IMG/VR virus record: IMGVR_UViG_3300024983_000001
Location: 72,745 to 136,744 of that record
DNA length: 64,000 nt
Direction: 5' to 3' (one strand)
From: a virus
Part shown: positions 1 through 8,617 of the stretch, one piece after another
How the letters are laid out: every line of letters begins with the position of its first letter
Numbering within the stretch: the first letter of the stretch is position 1
Notes under the pieces: generated by a model
Seen by the model: the letters and a program-made list of their open reading frames with translations, nothing else
The model's database searches: none
What the model was told of the DNA's origin: nothing
Made by a program: the position numbers and the translations under genes

Positions 1-348
1 GGATGGAGAAAAGTTTCCGCCGCCATTACCAACAGAGGAATTTCCACTATCTTTAACGGACGAATTACCACCCGCGACGTTACCTACCGATCCACCTGCT
101 CCACCAATACCAACTCCCACCCCAACTCCAAAGCCGGTTGCGGTCGAACTTGAACTCGATGATGAACTTGAACTCGACGATGAACCATTGGAACCGCCAT
201 TACAACTATTGCCTTGACAATAGTGAGTGTTGGTATGAGTGTTGGTTTTGGTATCACCATGTTTGCCGTTACCGAGGGGTTGGGTTGCGAAAGCCGAGCC
301 GGAGACAAGCATAGCAGCTAATGCAACTGCAAGTAATGTTTTATTCAT
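1..348 (-). CDS. Secreted Gly/Ser-rich protein (continues beyond window start)
   Basis: Not in ORF track. ATG at 348 with AAGGAG SD; MNKTLLAVALAAMLVSGSAFA signal peptide, then poly-Ser and Gly-rich tracts. Confidence 0.85.
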   Translation of the reverse strand, partial: MNKTLLAVALAAMLVSGSAFATQPLGNGKHGDTKTNTHTNTHYCQGNSCNGGSNGSSSSSSSSSSSSSTATGFGVGVGVGIGGAGGSVGNVAGGNSSVKDSGNSSVGNGGGNFSPS

Positions 349-384
349 TTGTAAATCTCCTTTAATTGAAATTAATGGAAGACT

Positions 385-471
385 CACGGTAATTCCCGCT
401 GCCATTGAAGTTACTCTTTAGGCCGGTGAACTTTGTGCCCCAGTCTTTCGAACTGGTATACCCTTTACATG
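385..471 (-). ncRNA. c-di-GMP-I (GEMM) riboswitch aptamer
   Basis: CAUGUAAAGGGUAUACCAGUUCGAAAGACUGGGGCACAAAGUUCACCGGCCUAAAGAGUAACUUCAAUGGCAGCGGGAAUUACCGUG: P1 CAUG/CGUG, GAAA tetraloop, CCUAA..AUGG receptor, residues equivalent to Vc2 G20, A47, C92. Confidence 0.88.
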
Positions 472-524
472 TATTCTTCTTGTTTTACTTACCCTTTCGC
501 GGAATGCAAAAGGACAATATTAAT

Positions 525-553
525 ATTGTATTTCCAATATCTTAAAAAGTCAA
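525..553 (-). promoter_or_regulatory. sigma70-type promoter for the riboswitch-led gene
   Basis: TTGACT-17 bp-TACAAT. Confidence 0.8.
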
Positions 554-1110
554 CAGTCTATAATTGACCACATCTCACTGCTAATATAACTCAACAATTG
601 CTGGAATCTGTTTTCTTTTTGTAGATTAAAAACAGGAATTTTGTAGTCGTCAGCAATTCGTATTGCTTGTCCAGTCCCACCCGTACCAACAGTTGTTTGT
701 GATCCTTGTTCCACACCATCTTGTGTCCAACACACAACTAGTTTAACAGGGTCATTGAGATTGGGACCCAGTACTTGATACCCATTGCGTGCCATAAGTT
801 TTCGTGCAAATGGTGGCAATATTTTCCAAGTGGGGTGATATTTTTCAGCTAAATCAAACGCTTCATCTGTAAGGTTATATAAAGAAGAGGTACTATTGTT
901 AAATCCTCTTGATGGCAGATATATTTCTTTATTCCCACCAAATTGGTCATATGCAATCTCAAACGCCAGGTCGGCGCCGTCGGCGCCACCTGATCGCAAC
1001 ACCCAATTTCTTTTTGCTAACAAAGAAGAAATAGCAATAATCTGTTTAGTTGCGTGTGGAGGTGTAGAACGACTACCTATTCCAGCAAAACTTATAACAC
1101 CGTTACTCAT
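550..1110 (-). CDS. SLOG-superfamily (DprA/Smf-like) nucleotide-binding protein
   Basis: FAGIGSRSTP, LRSGGADGAD, GGTGQAIRIA motifs. Confidence 0.75.
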   Translation of the reverse strand: MSNGVISFAGIGSRSTPPHATKQIIAISSLLAKRNWVLRSGGADGADLAFEIAYDQFGGNKEIYLPSRGFNNSTSSLYNLTDEAFDLAEKYHPTWKILPPFARKLMARNGYQVLGPNLNDPVKLVVCWTQDGVEQGSQTTVGTGGTGQAIRIADDYKIPVFNLQKENRFQQLLSYISSEMWSIIDC

Positions 1111-1307
1111 TTTACTACCCTTACGCCAATATCAAAATCACATTCTGTGCAATAAACGTGACCTTTCGTTCTCACGAGAGAATCATATCCATGAATAGGA
1201 CAACAAAACAGGTCATGCCGCAGGTTTTCGTCCAATGGATATTGTGCTTCAGAGTATGGATACCCACAATCAGGACACTCCATGCGCATGCTTATTCTGT
1301 TACACAT
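1107..1307 (-). CDS. Small Zn-ribbon protein
   Basis: CPDC, CCPIHG, CTEC; start follows stop of upstream gene. Confidence 0.6.
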   Translation of the reverse strand: MCNRISMRMECPDCGYPYSEAQYPLDENLRHDLFCCPIHGYDSLVRTKGHVYCTECDFDIGVRVVK

Positions 1308-1309
1308 AA

Positions 1310-2281
1310 TTAATCTTCGATATAAACGTGATCGATGTGGTGTAGAACAAACAACAACATAATACTCGATACCAACATCAACAGAGGATTGAACAGCCAA
1401 CACACAAACGGAATAGAAAGATAATAGCTCCTCATACCAAGACTATAATAAGCGCCACCCCTATTAAGAACTCGTGACACATAATCACTGTCGATATACG
1501 GCGATTTACAGTTGACCAAATAACCTACGTGGTTGAACATTCGTACGGACAAAGTGAACATAAAGAAGGCGGTAAATAACGTGAACAACAACGGCCCAAC
1601 CTTGAAAGCATGTAACGCTGAATGTTGAGACGAAACTGCAATTGCATCTGATACTGTGCCAAAGTGTGAAATGTTCAACACTCCAATTATCAACAAGATT
1701 GCTGTAGATGCTAAAAATGTCGCAGCCATTGTTGAATTTCGTAGTGTTTGCACTGCCAACACCTCAAAGTTATCGTGTGACATAATGGACCGAACCCACG
1801 CGGAACGGGCTTGAGTGGTAATAGTTTGGAAAGTTGAATATGATGGGTCTTTACGAGTTCGGACATAAACCACTATATGATATCCAGCTAACAAAACAAT
1901 ACTAATGGAAAATAAAATTAGGTTACGATAGTGTCCCCACACTACATCAATAACTGTTTTCTGATGCCGCTCAAACGTAATGACGGGTGGGGGCTGATTT
2001 TTACTTTTCATTAGAGTTTGAGCATATTCGCTGCCATTTTTAGCAGCAAGGCCAATCCATTTATCCGCCATCACAGCGTCGGGTTTGAGACCATATTCAC
2101 CACTTTGATATGCCAAACCAAGCATTAACTGTCCTTTTCGATCGCCACTATCCGCAAGATTTTGCAAAACTGCCAGGTCAGATTTGTTAATATCAGCTTG
2201 ATTTCTAGGTTCGAAAATATAAGCGGCTGTAATTACAGCAATCATTACAGCAATGAATGATAGAGTTTTAAGATGTTTCAT
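1310..2281 (-). CDS. Sel1-repeat / DUF599 membrane protein fusion
   Basis: GQLMLGLAYQSGEYG..AAKNG Sel1-like repeat; LAVQTLRNSTMAATFLASTA and GMRSYYLSIP DUF599-type motifs; several TM helices. Confidence 0.7.
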   Translation of the reverse strand: MKHLKTLSFIAVMIAVITAAYIFEPRNQADINKSDLAVLQNLADSGDRKGQLMLGLAYQSGEYGLKPDAVMADKWIGLAAKNGSEYAQTLMKSKNQPPPVITFERHQKTVIDVVWGHYRNLILFSISIVLLAGYHIVVYVRTRKDPSYSTFQTITTQARSAWVRSIMSHDNFEVLAVQTLRNSTMAATFLASTAILLIIGVLNISHFGTVSDAIAVSSQHSALHAFKVGPLLFTLFTAFFMFTLSVRMFNHVGYLVNCKSPYIDSDYVSRVLNRGGAYYSLGMRSYYLSIPFVCWLFNPLLMLVSSIMLLFVLHHIDHVYIED

Positions 2282-2308
2282 TTTTTATCCTTTGTGTGTT
2301 TATTTTGG

Positions 2309-2614
2309 TTATTTTAAATCGTTCCAATTAACACGCACAAGCACGATGTGTAAATCCGGGCGAAATTGTGATGCCATTTTCATTAATGGTTCGTCGTTAA
2401 TGAAATACAATGTTACTGGTGAGTGTGATGGGAATTTTGTAAGAACACACACAAAATCTACGGTATCCGCAATCACCACTCTCTTAGCGTCGTGTAACTC
2501 CAACATGGATGTATTTTCCATAGTGTCGAACACAACTTTTGGTCCATCTGTCCACTGTTTAAATGTGGATGGAGTGTAATCAATTGTTTTAATAATCGTA
2601 AGCAGTTCATCCAT
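2309..2614 (-). CDS. Hypothetical protein
   Basis: ORF in minus-strand operon. Confidence 0.65.
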   Translation of the reverse strand: MDELLTIIKTIDYTPSTFKQWTDGPKVVFDTMENTSMLELHDAKRVVIADTVDFVCVLTKFPSHSPVTLYFINDEPLMKMASQFRPDLHIVLVRVNWNDLK

Positions 2615-3018
2615 TATTTTTCACCTTTAGTCCAATATGAGTATGGAATGTAATCGATATTTTGGTAATTGTAGTGGCCTCTGATATATTGTCGGTTGTA
2701 CTCATTTACAGTTTCTTGGTCTAACCGCGGATCATTAATGTGAGTGTTCAGTAGCTCCGCAATATGTATTCGTATTTGACGCAATTCGCGCATTTTGCGG
2801 GTATACTTGGGATTACCGTGTTCTTGTGTACCTCTATTCCGAGCATCCGCCAACTTTTTACGATAAATTTTATGCTCACGCAATTGTTCCTCTGTCATTC
2901 CCGATTTTTGCATCAAACGCCGCAATTCCTTAGCCTCTTCCTTATTCGGAATATGTTTACCTGTTACAGTTGCAGCATAAAACTTTTTTGCGGTAAGAAA
3001 ACTGTCTTGTTCATCCAT
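2614..3018 (-). CDS. Hypothetical basic protein
   Basis: AAGGAG SD before MDEQ start. Confidence 0.65.
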   Translation of the reverse strand: MDEQDSFLTAKKFYAATVTGKHIPNKEEAKELRRLMQKSGMTEEQLREHKIYRKKLADARNRGTQEHGNPKYTRKMRELRQIRIHIAELLNTHINDPRLDQETVNEYNRQYIRGHYNYQNIDYIPYSYWTKGEK

Positions 3019-3063
3019 TTTAGTACTCCTTAACATGCAACAGCATATGCTGTCTGTGTTCTC

Positions 3064-3291
3064 TCACAAAATTCCCCAATATGTGTCAATTTTTTCAATA
3101 ATATCACGAGCCTTATCAACATTAGAGTTGTGCATCAAATCGATTGTGACTCGTCGAGGATTGGTTCCTCCACCCACTCTATAACCATTCTCCGACAAAG
3201 CTTTGGTGGCCCGCATCGCCTGGAACTCATCTTTCACAAGGAAATCGTGCTCACCCCAGCCACTTTCGTGTACTTCTTCAAATATTATCAT
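3064..3291 (-). CDS. Hypothetical protein
   Basis: GAGG SD before MIIFEE. Confidence 0.6.
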   Translation of the reverse strand: MIIFEEVHESGWGEHDFLVKDEFQAMRATKALSENGYRVGGGTNPRRVTIDLMHNSNVDKARDIIEKIDTYWGIL

Positions 3292-3301
3292 TAAGTTATC
3301 C

Positions 3302-3535
3302 TCACCACGCAACAGCATATGCCGTCCACGACCCATCAGCATTTTGTTCAGTTTCCCAACCCACTCGACGATTGCCACAATCACAACGCCTATCATCACC
3401 ATCCCATCCTTGACAGTCATTGCCACCGTCCCAAACATCAGCACAGTTCCAACCAGAAAATTCAATGTATACTTCTTCTGCACATGCTTGCATACCAGCA
3501 GCAATTGCCTCTTCTTCAGTTAAACCATGATACAT
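3302..3535 (-). CDS. Hypothetical acidic Cys/Trp-rich protein
   Basis: AAGGA SD; CQGWDGDDRRCDCGNRRV. Confidence 0.7.
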   Translation of the reverse strand: MYHGLTEEEAIAAGMQACAEEVYIEFSGWNCADVWDGGNDCQGWDGDDRRCDCGNRRVGWETEQNADGSWTAYAVAW

Positions 3536-3546
3536 GTTAACATCCT

Positions 3547-3729
3547 TTATAAATAAACATCAGACACAGATTCACTTATAACTTCATCATCTAACAGCAC
3601 CTTTACGGTTGTTTCGATACGCTGTGTATCAAAATAAAGGTCTGCAGACCCGCGCATCACGCTGTTAATCTCAATTTTCAGGTTGTTGCGAAGATATTCT
3701 ATTACCTCGATAGCTTCAGAACTCAACAT
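3547..3729 (-). CDS. Hypothetical protein
   Basis: GAGGA SD. Confidence 0.6.
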   Translation of the reverse strand: MLSSEAIEVIEYLRNNLKIEINSVMRGSADLYFDTQRIETTVKVLLDDEVISESVSDVYL

Positions 3730-3790
3730 AACTAATTCCTCACATTTGATTTATGAAATCAATTATACCCACATTCACACTCATAGGCAA

Positions 3791-3818
3791 CAAAAAACCA
3801 CCCGAAGGTGGTTTTTTG
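3791..3818. terminator. Intrinsic terminator after nampt
   Basis: AAAAAACCACC-CGAA-GGTGGTTTTTT. Confidence 0.85.
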
Positions 3819-3831
3819 ATGGTTTAGTTAA

Positions 3832-5205
3832 TTACATAGTGCTGTTTGCTCGCACTTCATCGAACGTATATTCCCTAACAATTTTTCCATTAACGAATAC
3901 AGTTTCAAGTGCATCAACCACTCCAGGTGTTTCAATGTCAGAAAAATACCCACCATCTTCACTCTTATACAGAGTAACACGCCCCTTCTTCGACCGCTTG
4001 CCAACATCGGTAACAGGATCCTTATACACATCAACCCAGTTTCCATCAATGCACGCTGCAGACGTTTTCATCGCAAATTTCAAAGTGTCGCGGTTTACCT
4101 GTTGAAGCAGTGCTCCACCCATACCAAAAGCAACGTTGTCAGCACTATATCCAGCAAACTTCAATGTACGAAGAATCGATTTAATGCTACCCTCATTGAT
4201 TCCATCGCCCTGAATAACACGTACTACCGGATTAAGAACTTTATATCCCTTCTCATTCACTGTTGATCCAAATGCAGCATCAAGTGCTCGGACAACCTCA
4301 CACACGACCGAAGCAGGATCACCACTATCGGGGCGAATAACAACAGTAGCACCACTATCAAGCACTTCTTGTTTCAGTTCTTTACCCCACAGATTTGTGA
4401 CGGCATTGAGAATGTCGTACGAATCACTAACAGCCGCAAACATCTTGCCTTTGCCACCAAACTGTTTAATCATGTTGCGGTAAGCATCAACCTCGTTTTT
4501 ACGACCCCACGACGTGTAGGAGCTGTGTTCACCAGCCGGAATCGAGTAACCAGGCATACCAATTGCATTGTAATATTTCTGTGCAAAACGAATACCCGAT
4601 ACAGTGTCCGACCCCATAAAGTTGACCAAGTGGGCAGCGCCGCCAATACCAGCACTTTCAAAGGAACTAACGCCACGGGCGCCAAAATCATGCAGTTTGA
4701 ACGACAGACCTGCAGGATCACCAGTCTCTTCTAATGCTGCACGAATCACTTGCTTGATGCTCCAACTATTGGTAGCAACAGTCGTACCATACCATACAGC
4801 ACGAAGAATTGCAGGCTCGATATACGACGTCAGCCAGAAACATTTGTCGTCAGTGTTTTCAACGGTAACAAGTACGTTTTTTGTACCGAGGACCATACCT
4901 TCAGGAACGGCACGGACAACAAGAGGTAGATAACCAGCGTATTTGTCCACAATATACTGCCATCCGGCTCGGTTAAACGGTTCACCGTGAGCAGCGAAGA
5001 ATTCATCAGCTTCTTCAATCATCTCTTGAGTGACGGGCTTTGTCAGATATTCCTTTAAGAAAATTTGAAGACCGAACATAACGGTTTTGTCATATTCGCC
5101 GCCTCGAGACTCAATGTAAGAGAACACTTTGGTGGTATTGGGTGGATATTGAAGAAAGTGTGATGCTTTGTATGAATCAGTATTAAGAATAATGTTTGTT
5201 TCCAT
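3832..5205 (-). CDS. nadV: Nicotinamide phosphoribosyltransferase (Nampt)
   Basis: TDSYKASH, LHDFGARG, PAGEHS, IRPDSGDP, IQGDG, AFGMGG, RDTLKFAMK motifs. Confidence 0.95.
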   Translation of the reverse strand: METNIILNTDSYKASHFLQYPPNTTKVFSYIESRGGEYDKTVMFGLQIFLKEYLTKPVTQEMIEEADEFFAAHGEPFNRAGWQYIVDKYAGYLPLVVRAVPEGMVLGTKNVLVTVENTDDKCFWLTSYIEPAILRAVWYGTTVATNSWSIKQVIRAALEETGDPAGLSFKLHDFGARGVSSFESAGIGGAAHLVNFMGSDTVSGIRFAQKYYNAIGMPGYSIPAGEHSSYTSWGRKNEVDAYRNMIKQFGGKGKMFAAVSDSYDILNAVTNLWGKELKQEVLDSGATVVIRPDSGDPASVVCEVVRALDAAFGSTVNEKGYKVLNPVVRVIQGDGINEGSIKSILRTLKFAGYSADNVAFGMGGALLQQVNRDTLKFAMKTSAACIDGNWVDVYKDPVTDVGKRSKKGRVTLYKSEDGGYFSDIETPGVVDALETVFVNGKIVREYTFDEVRANSTM

Positions 5206-5252
5206 GATAAAACTCCTTTATCAAAAATTATACAAACCGTCTATCAGTTTGT
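5205..5252 (-). promoter_or_regulatory. Twin-hairpin leader motif copy 1 (nadV)
   Basis: ACAAACU-GAUAGAC-GGUUUGU then UGAUAAA-GGAGU-UUUAUCA(UG). Confidence 0.8.
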
Positions 5253-5267
5253 TTGGTACTACAAAAA

Positions 5268-5513
5268 TTAACGAGAACGGTCCACCGGACTCGCTTGTTT
5301 AATTGTTGCTGTGATTCCACTGAACGTCGGATCGCCAGGGCCACGATCATACATATCGTACGAACGCATTGTTGCGTTAAATTTGATGTCAATATCAGAC
5401 AGGCTTACGTCGATATTATATTTGTCGCGAAGTAAATTGAAGACAGCTTCTTGGACGAGCTTGTGTGCATCAGCCTCCGAGAAATCAAACGTCATCTTGG
5501 TATTAATATTCAT
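5268..5513 (-). CDS. Hypothetical protein (twin-hairpin leader)
   Basis: AAGGAG SD, ORF track. Confidence 0.75.
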   Translation of the reverse strand: MNINTKMTFDFSEADAHKLVQEAVFNLLRDKYNIDVSLSDIDIKFNATMRSYDMYDRGPGDPTFSGITATIKQASPVDRSR

Positions 5514-5560
5514 GTTAAGCTCCTTAACAAGTTATGAAGGTGAAGGGTCTGTCCCTTCAC
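5513..5560 (-). promoter_or_regulatory. Twin-hairpin leader motif copy 2
   Basis: GUGAAGG-GACAGAC-CCUUCAC then UGUUAA-GGAGC-UUAACA(UG). Confidence 0.8.
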
Positions 5561-5608
5561 ATGTTATTTAATATTATAACTAATAAAATATATAAGTCAA
5601 CACTTATT

Positions 5609-5767
5609 TTAAGCGTAAGTATCAATTCGACCTTTTGGTACTGGTTTCTTTTTCACATCAGGATCATTTTCCGTCTTAACAATTCGTTTAACTGGCTGAA
5701 CCTTTGTTGTTGACGATTTGTCTAACAACTTTGTGATGGGTGAAACAAATATTTCTCTTAACAACAT
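5609..5767 (-). CDS. Small late protein
   Basis: MLLREIF start with AAGGA SD and upstream TAAATA. Confidence 0.6.
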   Translation of the reverse strand: MLLREIFVSPITKLLDKSSTTKVQPVKRIVKTENDPDVKKKPVPKGRIDTYA

Positions 5768-5811
5768 ATAATTCCTTTGTGATTGTGTATCTTTATATTT
5801 ACACAAATAGA

Positions 5812-6165
5812 TCAAAGTTCACTTAACTGACGGTCAATATCAGCGATTTGTTCGAGCAAATCTCGTTTTTGCTTTTCAAGTTTGGTACGTTCCCAAACTT
5901 CATCAGGCTTCGAAATTTTAATCAGTTCAAAATCTCCGCCTGCCCCCCATTGCCAAAAACGTTCCATTTCTACGGCCATATCGATAATGTCGCCTAGACG
6001 ACCTTCAAAATAGCCAAGTGATGGTTGATAGTGCGGTCCGTGAAGATCACAATTGGGATCTTCCCCCTTAACATGCCACAATCCATAGTCATCAAGATCA
6101 TATTTTTGCAGCAACTGCCGATAATTCCACGAAACAATATATTTGTCTTTTGCTTTTGAGTCCAT
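5812..6165 (-). CDS. Hypothetical protein (twin-hairpin leader)
   Basis: GGAGG SD; GEDPNCDLHGPH motif; C-terminal coiled coil. Confidence 0.75.
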   Translation of the reverse strand: MDSKAKDKYIVSWNYRQLLQKYDLDDYGLWHVKGEDPNCDLHGPHYQPSLGYFEGRLGDIIDMAVEMERFWQWGAGGDFELIKISKPDEVWERTKLEKQKRDLLEQIADIDRQLSEL

Positions 6166-6214
6166 AAGGAAATCCTCCTAATGATTTGAATGATTAACGT
6201 CTATCGTTAATCAT
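6165..6214 (-). promoter_or_regulatory. Twin-hairpin leader motif copy 3
   Basis: AUGAUUAAC-GAUAGAC-GUUAAUCAU then UUAGGA-GGAUU-UCCUUA(UG). Confidence 0.78.
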
Positions 6215-6239
6215 AATAATACACTAATACTTATTTATG

Positions 6240-6764
6240 TCAACTATTTTTGAAACTTCCTATTAACATTTGTGTTTTAACAACACCTGGGGACACTTCC
6301 CTCGTGTAGTGGAATCCGTCTGGATCCAATTCCAATATTTTTTGGCCGAGGATTCGTTCTGCTTGAGTGTTAGGTATTGGTTTGCCACCTAAATTCAACA
6401 TTACCTTTTCCAAATTGCCGCTAAACTCACCCCACGATTTGTTTCCTGTGATATCATCCGAAAGAATGGCCTTCAACGCATTTTTTCCATCTCTCGTATC
6501 GTTATGAAAAACTAATCGAACTTTATGCCCACTACTATTACGATAGATTACTCCAGCAACGATTTTACCATCAATAAACGACGCCTTCCATACTCCAGGT
6601 GTATTGATTAAATTGTCTAAATTTGCACCACTTAATCCCATTCCCGAACCATATTTGTCGTATGTATTTTGCAATAACTGCCATACATAACTGGCATAAC
6701 GCTTTCGTTGGGTAGGTGTTACAAGATTTACAAAGTTCTCACACAGAATTTCGTATATTTTCAT
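6240..6764 (-). CDS. Late hypothetical protein, putative head-packaged
   Basis: MKIYEILCE N-terminus; ATAAATA upstream. Confidence 0.7.
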   Translation of the reverse strand: MKIYEILCENFVNLVTPTQRKRYASYVWQLLQNTYDKYGSGMGLSGANLDNLINTPGVWKASFIDGKIVAGVIYRNSSGHKVRLVFHNDTRDGKNALKAILSDDITGNKSWGEFSGNLEKVMLNLGGKPIPNTQAERILGQKILELDPDGFHYTREVSPGVVKTQMLIGSFKNS

Positions 6765-6799
6765 GTGGCATTTACCTAATATTGATTTAATATCAATAT

Positions 6800-7006
6800 T
6801 TATGACATCATGTCTGTCAAATCTCGTCCGTTTAAATAAGTAATCAAAAAATCGTGAAGATTGTATGTGACACCATCATACCCAAGGATAATATCAGGTG
6901 GTATGACTGATTCAACGACCACCATACCAGTGTTTAACATCCAAAATGCAGGGTCTCTAGGTGCAAGTTTGATTATATCTCCCGCATTAATAATAACTTC
7001 ATACAT
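6800..7006 (-). CDS. Hypothetical protein
   Basis: Start overlaps upstream stop. Confidence 0.55.
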   Translation of the reverse strand: MYEVIINAGDIIKLAPRDPAFWMLNTGMVVVESVIPPDIILGYDGVTYNLHDFLITYLNGRDLTDMMS

Positions 7007-7559
7007 TTTTATAAACTAAATCATTCATGATGTGATGTACAGTGTCCACATTTTTTCCGTATACATTATCAACTTCGAAGAAAGGTACGCCTGTATCAAT
7101 CAATAATGCTCTCAAATCCTTATCAATTTGAATAGCCTCATTCTCATCTTGATTTCTACCAACCGTTTCATACGGAACCCCCCGTCGAATAAGAACGTTG
7201 ATGTTGTTGTATGAATTGTATGTGTCCATTACATAATCAAAAAATGATGGGGGGAAATCCTCTGGCATATACATAAACCCCAACAACAACGAAGTGTCAG
7301 CAACAATATAATCTACTTGACCCACCAAACGTCTAAACCTGTTATTTTGTTTACTGAAAATATAATCTTGTTCCGTCAACATATGATGACGACCTTCAAA
7401 GGTATAATCTTTTGCAACTTCGGGTACATACTCAACCTTCCCTTTTTGGGCTAGCGACATATAGTAAGCGAGACCAAGTGCAGTAGTGGATTTACCAACG
7501 CCGGGTCCACCCAACATATTGATTATAGTAACGTCTTTGTTATTCGAATATGGTAACAT
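6999..7559 (-). CDS. NadR/Ttd14-like P-loop kinase (AAA_28 type)
   Basis: GGPGVGKST Walker A, VPEVAKD, IVADTSLL, GRNQ. Confidence 0.75.
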   Translation of the reverse strand: MLPYSNNKDVTIINMLGGPGVGKSTTALGLAYYMSLAQKGKVEYVPEVAKDYTFEGRHHMLTEQDYIFSKQNNRFRRLVGQVDYIVADTSLLLGFMYMPEDFPPSFFDYVMDTYNSYNNINVLIRRGVPYETVGRNQDENEAIQIDKDLRALLIDTGVPFFEVDNVYGKNVDTVHHIMNDLVYKNV

Positions 7560-7570
7560 TTCATCTTCCT

Positions 7571-7780
7571 TTATAAGTTGTGCATTTGCTTGTCGTAATA
7601 ATATCGCGCAAAATCACAAATCTCCGCTGCTTGTTGTTTTGTACATATGATAACACGTGTACACGGATCGGTAATTAGTTGTTGATCCATCAACCATTTA
7701 ATCATTCCGGAATTAGGATCCGCACATATACCAATATGCACAGAGTCCAAATCGTTTAGTTCGGTGGGGATGTTGTTCAT
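7571..7780 (-). CDS. Hypothetical protein
   Basis: ATGA overlap with upstream gene. Confidence 0.6.
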   Translation of the reverse strand: MNNIPTELNDLDSVHIGICADPNSGMIKWLMDQQLITDPCTRVIICTKQQAAEICDFARYYYDKQMHNL

Positions 7781-8192
7781 GGCATCATTGGCGAAGGTAC
7801 TTCACCTCTCGTAACGCACGGCAAGTTGGAAACATCGGGATTTACACTTGTAAACACTTCTTCCCCGTCTTTGGCTGCAAACAATGCGGTATTGTTATCA
7901 AGACTGTATATGGTCCAGCCACCTGAAACCATTTGCCAACCAGTCAGTTTATCTTCGGGTCCAACATCAGGAAATTTAACCAACAAAACATATTTGTCTC
8001 CAGATGATGGATTGTGAATACCCCAGCATGCTTTTTCAGAGCGTGCGTAATAATCTAGTGCTGCTTTTGCATACACCAATCCCGTACTAAAAGAATCATC
8101 CTTTGATGCGCCCTGTGACGACGTATCTTCCTTTTTGCGCAACCCAACAACATTAACGTCATTAGTGCAGAAACTATCATATGTTTTTTCAC
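7777..8192 (-). pseudogene. Lipoprotein, frameshifted at A5 run (8132-8136)
   Basis: GAGGAG SD + GTG 8192 gives MKKHMIVSALMTLMLLGC lipobox; one extra A joins it to ORF 7777..8142. Confidence 0.7.
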
Positions 8193-8206
8193 AACAAACT
8201 CCTCAA

Positions 8207-8617
8207 TTAGTGATTAATAACATAACAGCGCGACAACAAAGCCATGATAACTTTGTTGTTATAATCTCCACAACGACCATTAACTAATTCGGTTGGGGTA
8301 ACCCATTGAACGTTAATATCTCGTTCCATTTGAGAGGCTGCTTCCGATTCGACGGTATGAACGTATCTAAATGTTGTTACGTGATAGCCTCCATCATCAA
8401 CACCTTCATACAACTGAATCAATTGTCCACGTTGTGTAACCAATCCAGTTTCTTCCTGTAATTCTCGTATTGCTGCATCAATAGGTTTTTCGTTGTCTTC
8501 AAGTTTTCCACCGGGAAGACCAAAAACATTGTATTCACCCCTAACAGATGCGGCAAGAATCTTACCTTCTCTGTTAAAGACTACTACACATGCAGCATTA
8601 CGAGTTTCACCATTCAT
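8207..8617 (-). CDS. Nudix hydrolase
   Basis: PGGKLEDNEKPIDAAIRELQEETGL Nudix box. Confidence 0.9.
   Translation of the reverse strand: MNGETRNAACVVVFNREGKILAASVRGEYNVFGLPGGKLEDNEKPIDAAIRELQEETGLVTQRGQLIQLYEGVDDGGYHVTTFRYVHTVESEAASQMERDINVQWVTPTELVNGRCGDYNNKVIMALLSRCYVINH

Noticed and set aside
478-517. Second tandem c-di-GMP aptamer
   Set aside because: Only a GAAA-capped hairpin; no P3 or receptor elements.
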